A DNA stretch of 64,000 bases from Salpingoeca rosetta (lineage: Eukaryota > Protista > Choanoflagellata): NCBI GenBank assembly GCA_033442325.1, contig JAWQFM010000012.1:194451-258450 (forward strand), given 5' to 3'. This document shows positions 49,998-64,000 of the stretch, piece after piece. A program made the position numbers and the translations under genes. The notes under the pieces were generated by a model. The model ran no database searches and had not been told where the DNA came from. It worked only from the letters and a program-made list of their open reading frames with translations. Position 1 is the first letter of the stretch, and every line of letters begins with the position of its first letter.

Positions 49998-51772
49998 CAC
50001 GAACACACACAGACACACACACACACACACAAAACCCCCCCCCCCATACACACACACAAACACACACACCCAACTCATAACTGCTGCGCGTTGGACTGCG
50101 TGTTTTCTGTTCAGGTGAACATCATCCCCGTCATTGCAAAGGCGGATTCGCTCACAGTGGACGAGTGCCAGCTCCTCAAGGAACGCGTGAGTGCTTCGTT
50201 TTGTTGAAGGATTTGTTTGTTTGTTTGTTTGCTTACTTGTTTGCTTGAGTGTGTCTTGTCTGCGGTATGGCATGGCACGCATGCACTCGCTCATTTCTCA
50301 CGCATCCCCACACACACAAACACAGGTGCGCGCCACGCTGGCGGAGCACAACATCAACGTGTTTGAGTTTCCCGAAGATGACGATGATGATGAAGAGGTG
50401 CAAGACGACGTTGCAAACGCCAGGGTACGGTCATCATCACACCTGCACACGAAAGAGAAGAGCAAGGGGCCCGTTGTGGCGAACTCTGGTTACACGTGTG
50501 CACGTGTGTGTGTTCGTGCGTTTTCTTGTTTGGCGGCGCTGACTGGACACAGTCTTCGTGCGCATCTTCTCTCACAGTCCTCTCCTGTGTGTGTATGTGT
50601 GTGTATGTGTGTATGTGTGTCATTTCAGTCTGCGTGGCCGTTTGCTGTCTCGGCCTCAACACAGGTACTCTTCGCAGATGATAAGGAAATGCGTGGCCGC
50701 GCCTACCCCTGGGGTTACGTCGAAGGTGCGTGCGTGAGCGTGTCGTTGTGTGTTTATTTGCGTGTCGTTGTACTTCACTTTCTCGCAAACGTCTCCAACA
50801 ACAGCATCATCAACCCACACCCTCTCCGTTCATATTGCACATCTTTTCGTATCTCCAGTCGACAATCCGCAGCACTCGGACTTCGTTGGCCTGCGCAACC
50901 TCATCATCAGGTCTGAACGCGCGCGCGTGTGTGTGTGCATGTAGGTGTATGTGTATGTGTGTACGTGTGCGTGTGCGTGTGTGTGTGTATGTGTGTGCGT
51001 GTGCGTGTGCGTGTGCATGTGCGTGTGTGTTTCGCATGTGTGTGTATACGCACCTGTATGCTTGTGTCTTGGGGTTTAGAATTGACCGCCAAAACCAGGT
51101 CTCATCCCTGACTTGACGCGTCTTGATGGTGTACTGCATTGTCTGTGCAGAACGTACATGCAGCAGCTGATTGACACGACGAACAACGTCCACTACGAGC
51201 GTTTCCGTCAGCAGCGCCTCTCCAGCCTCTCTCTTGACACATCCATCAGGTCTGTTTACACACGGGTGTGTGCGCATGTGTGTTGCTGATCCTCGGTTTT
51301 CTGACTTGCCCATTCACATGAGTTTTACACGCACACACACGCACACACACTTGCAGTGGAAGCCCCAAATCGGATCCCAACAGCCAAAACTTCATCGAAC
51401 AGCTCGAAGGACAGCTCGTAAGTCACTCACTTTGACCGTTTGCACCGTTGCTGTTGATGACACAGACACATACACACCAATGTACATACATGCACATGCA
51501 CACAAATCTCCACACATACACACACACACACAATCTCCACGCACACCCGCCCCTAACGCCTGCACCCCTGATTGTTCATGTCTTTCCCCCACAGAAACAA
51601 CACGAGAAGAAGCTTGTGAAGATGGAGCGAGAGATGACAGAAGTCTTTGAGAAGCGCGTGCGCGAAAAACAGCAGAAAATCAAGACGTGCGTGGACTATT
51701 GTCTGCTCCAGCGATGCTTCTGCCCCCAATAACACAGACACACACACTTTCACACACACACTTTCACACACG

Positions 51773-51831
<59 letters not shown>

Positions 51832-52218
51832 TCACACACACGCTCACACGACCACCCACAACACATTCCTTCGCGCGCGTGCCTGCAGGCAAGAGGCGCA
51901 GCTGCTGAAGGAGCACGAGGAGTTTGAAGAAAAGTTGAAGAAGCAGCAAAGGTGTCGTCAGCATCGCAGTTGTGTGTATGTATGCGTGTTTTCGCTTCTG
52001 TTCTGTACGCCCTTTGGAAGATAAGATGCTGAGCTCTGTTGCGCTGCACACCTCACCGCCACACTGCCTTGCATCGTCGATGCTCGTGTCACCCATGCAG
52101 GGAGCTTGAGATGCAGCGCGAGCAGTTTGAGCGGGAGAAGAAGGAGTACGAGGCCGAGGAGGAGAAGCGAAAGGCCGCACAGGCGCAGTCCACTGGCCGG
52201 CGCAAGAAGTTCTTCTGA
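48093..52218 (+). CDS. Septin (SEPT2/SEPT7-group-like)
   Basis: MS|[14 protein letters not shown]...GFDFTLMVV|[15 protein letters not shown] (G1), VDTPGFG (G3), [17 protein letters not shown] (G4), [23 protein letters not shown]-terminal coiled coil ends RRKKFF*. Confidence 0.95.
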
Positions 52219-53146
52219 GCACACACACACACACATGTGCACACATATGTACGTGCTGTCACTGATTGGTCGTCAACGGTGTTGCCGTTGCACAATTCGT
52301 TGGTTGAGTTGACGCGTTTGTCTTGCTTGTTTGTTGTTTGAGCTCCCTTTTGTCGTTTGCGTCATCTTGTTGCTGTGGTCATCATGCACAGTTTATCACC
52401 GTGTTGTTTGAGAGTAAGTTATGCCATGGCAGCGTCATGGCGTCCACATACACATACATCGCATATGGAAACTCTACAGCGGTCTTGCAAACCACATGTT
52501 TCACAGCAGACACTACGGACACGACACGACACGAAACAAACAAACAAACAAACAAACAAACAAACAAAAACACACACATTCACGCTTGTGCGTTTTGACT
52601 TGCTTCTTGCGTTGGCTTTAGTGGGATGGGGTGACAAGGGTGTAACACACATATGTTCACACAGAGACGGCTGCCGAGGGCGAGCGAGTGAACAGCCACA
52701 GGTAGCGTGGCGCGACTACACGAACGAATCATGTCGCTATGGGCACAGGAGAGGGAAGGTGGTAGTGAAACAAGACGAAAGAAGACCAAGACACAAAGCA
52801 GCGGCAGGGGAGAGAGGCAGTGATGGGAAATGGACAGGGAGCAGACGACAGGCACCAGCCAACGGCAGGACACTCCTGATCTGGCTTGGGGGTGCACCAA
52901 CCATTTTCCAGTGCCACCATCGCACAAGTGTCAATGCCACTTCACCACATACCTCCCCTCTCACACAGACCAGCAGCAATCCCACTTGATGACACGAACA
53001 CGATGCAACAGCAACACAACACACAGACAAGAATGACAGCAAAACCAGCAACGTCGAAAGCACTGGGACAAAAGGGTGTGCATACACACACGTGCGTTCA
53101 TCAGCTCAGCAGAGTGACAGGAGCGCATGCGCACGGTCCGCGTCGC

Positions 53147-59900
<6,754 letters not shown>

Positions 59901-60400
59901 TGTCTTCTTGCGAGCGAGCACAGAGCGTTCAGTGGTGGCAGAGAGGGAAAAAAAGTGCAACGCAGAATGACGACATGCCCTTTATGAAGTCGTGAACGGC
60001 GATTTGGTGCCTGGTATCCACCGTTTCTCGGATTCTCCCAAGATTGTGTGCGAAACGTATATTGGGGACGCACTGCGCACGTCATGACTCATCAAGACAG
60101 GAGGCGACGACACGACAAGCCAAGAAGCGAAAGGAACACAACAGTCACAACAACCAACATTCACACACACACACACACACAGAGCACACCAACAAAGGAC
60201 CAACCAACCAACCAATCGTTCTTTCTCGCCCGCTCGCTCGCCTGCCTGCCTTGCGACCACCGATCAGACGTCAGCAGCAGCAGCATCAACACCTCCGCCT
60301 GTGTTTCTTTGAGGGCTGAACCTTCTTTTTGGAGACGCCTCTGCGAGCAAGGCAACAGGAACCAACACCAACACCAGCAACACCAACAACAGAGCACACC

Positions 60401-61418
60401 ATGTCTTCGGAGATCACCAAGAAGGGCATCGAGGTGGCCAAGAAGGCCATCGAGCTTGACAGGAGTCAGGAGTACGAGCAGGCATTGGCGCTGTACAAGT
60501 CAGCCAGCGAGTACCTGCTCAAGGGCATGCAATGTACGTCTCGCTTGAGTGGTGGTGGAGGGGATAGCGCAAGGCCGAGTCCAAGCTGCTGCATGTGGGG
60601 CGAATGTGTTACCTGTGAGGGGCTGACGCAGTCAGAGGGGCTGCTGTGTCGAGGGCTTGCAGCGGGACCATGACTCATCACTGCCTCATGATCCTTCCTT
60701 GTGTGCCTGTGTGTGTGTGTGTGCCTGTGTGTGTATGTGCATGTGCGTGCATGTGTGTGCGTGTGTGTGCCTGTGTGTGTATGTGCATGTGCGTGCATGT
60801 GTGTGTGTGTGTGGTGTTGCAGATGAATCGTCGCAGGTGAAGCAGATCATCGGCAAGAAGTGCAGCGAGTACTTGGAACGCGCGGAAAAGATCGATTCCA
60901 TGTTGAAGGATGGCACGGTGCGTTTTTGCCCGAGTGCTTGCCCGCTCCCTGTGTTTGGCGTGCTGTCGTGCATCGTGCATTGCCACGGCATAGGAACAGG
61001 TTGCGTGCAGTCTCTGTGCTTGGCCCACGCAAACAAGCTCAACGCCATTCATGCCATTGCAATGCCATTCATTACCAATGCGTCACCCCACCACCTACCA
61101 CATGTGTATGGTGCAGACAAAGAAAGCGGTTGCCTCTGGTGGGGAAGGGACTGGAGAGGACGACGACGACGATGCAGACGCCTCGGGCCTGAACCCGGAA
61201 CGCAAGCAGCTGCGCCAGGCGCTGGAGAGCGCGGTGGTCATTGAGAAGCCCAACATTGCATGGAAGGATGTGGCGGGCCTTGACTCTGCCAAGGAGGCCC
61301 TGCAAGAGGCTGTCATCCTGCCCATGCGGCTGCCACAGATGTTCAAGGGCAAGCGCGAACCGTGGCGCGGTATCCTCCTCTACGGGCCCCCAGGCACAGG
61401 TGCGCTGCTGCGTGGTTG

Positions 61419-61461
<43 letters not shown>

Positions 61462-61517
61462 TTGTTGTTGTTGTTGTTGTAGTAGTAGTAGTAGTAGTTG
61501 TTGTTGTTGTTGTTGTT

Positions 61518-61579
<62 letters not shown>

Positions 61580-61918
61580 AGTTGTTGTTGTTGTTGTTGT
61601 TGCTGTTGTTGCTGTTGTTGTTTAAGTTGTTGTTGTTGTGTGTATGGTGTGTTGTGTGCATGGGTGTAGGTGTGTTGACAAATGTGTTCTTGCTTGCATG
61701 TTTGCTCCTTGCTCGCGTGTGTTTTGCTCCATCCCAACACGTACAAGCGTTGCCGTTTCTTTACCTCAATGCTGCCGCCTCTAACCGCCCTCTCCCCTCT
61801 TCTCCTTGCCAGGTAAATCGTACCTTGCAAAGGCCGTTGCATCGGAAGCCAACAACTCCACATTCATCTCCGTCTCCTCCTCAGACCTCGTCTCCAAGTG
61901 GCAGGGCCAGTCCGAACG

Positions 61919-61960
<42 letters not shown>

Positions 61961-62268
61961 GTGTGTGTGTGTGTGTGTGCGTGCGTGTGTGTCTGTGGTA
62001 TTCTCGCTAGCTCGTTGTTTCTCTGTGTCACGTGCTTCATCAATCCTTGCTCACACCGCCACCACCACCACCACCACCGCCACCACCACCGCCACCACCA
62101 CCACCACCAGACTTGTGAAGGAGCTGTTTGAGATGGCGCGAGAGAAGTCGCCGTGCATTGTGTTTGTGGACGAGATTGACTCGCTCTGCTCCGCCCGCTC
62201 AGACAATGAGAGCGAGAGCTCCCGCCGCATCAAGACAGAATTCCTCGTCCAGGTGCGTCCTCTGTGTG

Positions 62269-62306
<38 letters not shown>

Positions 62307-62353
62307 ATCTTGTGTGTATGTGTGTGTGTGTCTGCGTGCGTGATCTTGTGTGT

Positions 62354-62392
<39 letters not shown>

Positions 62393-63667
62393 CGTGTTGT
62401 TCATGAGCTTCAGCATACACCAGGCTGTTCAGTGCCGTCATTCACCTCACCATCAACCTACCAACCCCCCGGCCTTCCAAAACGCCCCCCCCCCTTGTGT
62501 CAACAGATGCAAGGTGTGGGCAGCCAGAACGACGGCATCCTGGTTGTTGGCGCGACGAACATTCCCTGGCAGCTTGACTCTGCCATCCGCCGCCGCTTTG
62601 AGAAGCGCATCTACATTGCGCTGCCGGACACGGAGGCCCGATGCAAGATGTTTGAGCTGCACATCAAGGGCGTTCGCAACACCCTCCAGCCACACGACTA
62701 CAACACCCTCGCCCACAAATCTGAAGGGTGCGCTGTTGTGTGTGTGTGTGTGTGTGTGTTGTGTTGTATGCTCACGTTGTGTGTTTGTGTTGTGTGTGTG
62801 TGTGCATGTGCGTGGATCCGTTGTGTGCGTGCTGTTTGTGTTCATTTTGACAAGTCAGCCTGCTCACAGAGCTCCATCACACGTGTGCTGCATCTGGCAT
62901 GATCTTCTACACGGCCTCCACATTTCCCACCTTTCTGCCTGTACATGGCAGGTACTCGGGGTCTGACATCTGCAATGTGGTTCGCGAGGCAATTATGATG
63001 CCCGTGCGGAAGGTGCAACACGCCCAGGCGTTCAAGAAGGTTTGTTGTGTGATGCTCTTGTTGTCATGCAAGGGTTGACTTGGGTTGGGGGTGTATCTTG
63101 CATCCTTCAGCTTTGCCAATCGCGCGCGCGCACACACACATGCTCACACACACACACACACACACACACATGCTTACACACACACACACACACATGCTTA
63201 CACACACACACACACATGCTTACACGCACACAACCCCTCACACATCCCTTTCAACCCAACTTTAGTGTGACGAGAACGGGTATCCGACGCCCTCTGGAGC
63301 GTTCTGGACGCCGTGCTCCCCCAGCGACCGCGACCCAACAAAGCAGTTTATGTCGTGGCAGGATATGCCCGCAGAGGCAATTGTCGAGCCCCCGGTCGAC
63401 ATGGTGCGCTTCATGATGGTGATTTGTGGCGTGTATCGGGGTATCTTCTTGCATGAGGAGGCGCGTTTGCGTTGTGTACACGTGGGGGCACTGCACACAC
63501 ACACACACACACATTGCAACTCACGCCTGCGCCACGTAAACGTAACACCACCCCACCAACTACAGCGAGACATGGTGCAAGCGCTTGAGCGAACAAAACG
63601 CAGCGTGGACCCGAAGGACCTTGGCAAGATTGAGGAGTTTACACGCAGCTTTGGACAAGACATCTAG
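60401..63667 (+). CDS. VPS4: ESCRT AAA+ ATPase Vps4
   Basis: MIT domain ([17 protein letters not shown]...EYLERAEKI), [14 protein letters not shown], Walker A LYGPPGT|[22 protein letters not shown], Walker [37 protein letters not shown]-terminal FTRSFGQDI*. Confidence 0.97.
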
Positions 63668-64000
63668 TCGATACGCGGGTGATCAGCCAACACAACCATC
63701 GCTTTCTACAAGCTGTGTGCAAGGAGAGAGTGAGAGTCGTGTCTCGGGGCAACAGCCACACCACACACCTGTGTATTGAGGTTTGTTTTTGACTTGCCTG
63801 TTTGCCTGCGTACAAGTGTTGTGTGTGTGTGTGTGCTTTCGTTTCCCGGCCCTCCTTTCCGTCGTCATCGCTGCTGTTGGTGTAGTCGTCGTCACAACAT
63901 TTCTCGTTGTATGTATGTATGTTTGTATGTGTGCACGTGTGCTGGGTGAACTCAGCATGTCCCTTTGCGTCTTGTGTTTGTGTTTGTGGGAATGATGGTG

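Overview
Intron-dense, microsatellite-rich eukaryotic DNA. Most ORF-track entries are repeat read-through, so genes were assembled by hand from GT-AG exons. Composition, intron style and the animal-like gene set suggest a choanoflagellate such as Salpingoeca rosetta; this is an inference. About 14 loci, in order: SANBR/KIAA1841-like (-), truncated TyrRS fragment (-), WSC + RXYLT1/GT47-like glycosyltransferase (+), EndoG (+), BiP (+), TIM21 (-), GMF (-), a 20-exon tyrosine-pseudokinase/WHAMM-JMY-like protein (+), SMG5-like (-), MRPS35 (+), a C3H-motif/KE-repeat coiled-coil protein (-), a septin (+), HADHA (-) and VPS4 (+). The main finding is the gene at 23684-32541. Its exons join in frame into about 1516 aa: a catalytically degenerate tyrosine-kinase domain, a JMY/WHAMM-like coiled coil, polyproline tracts, WH2 and a central + acidic-Trp (WCA) tail. 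It is a candidate pre-animal WHAMM/JMY-type Arp2/3 activator fused to a pseudokinase, and it lies head-to-head with the Arp2/3 debrancher GMF. All homology calls come from recalled motifs, not database searches.
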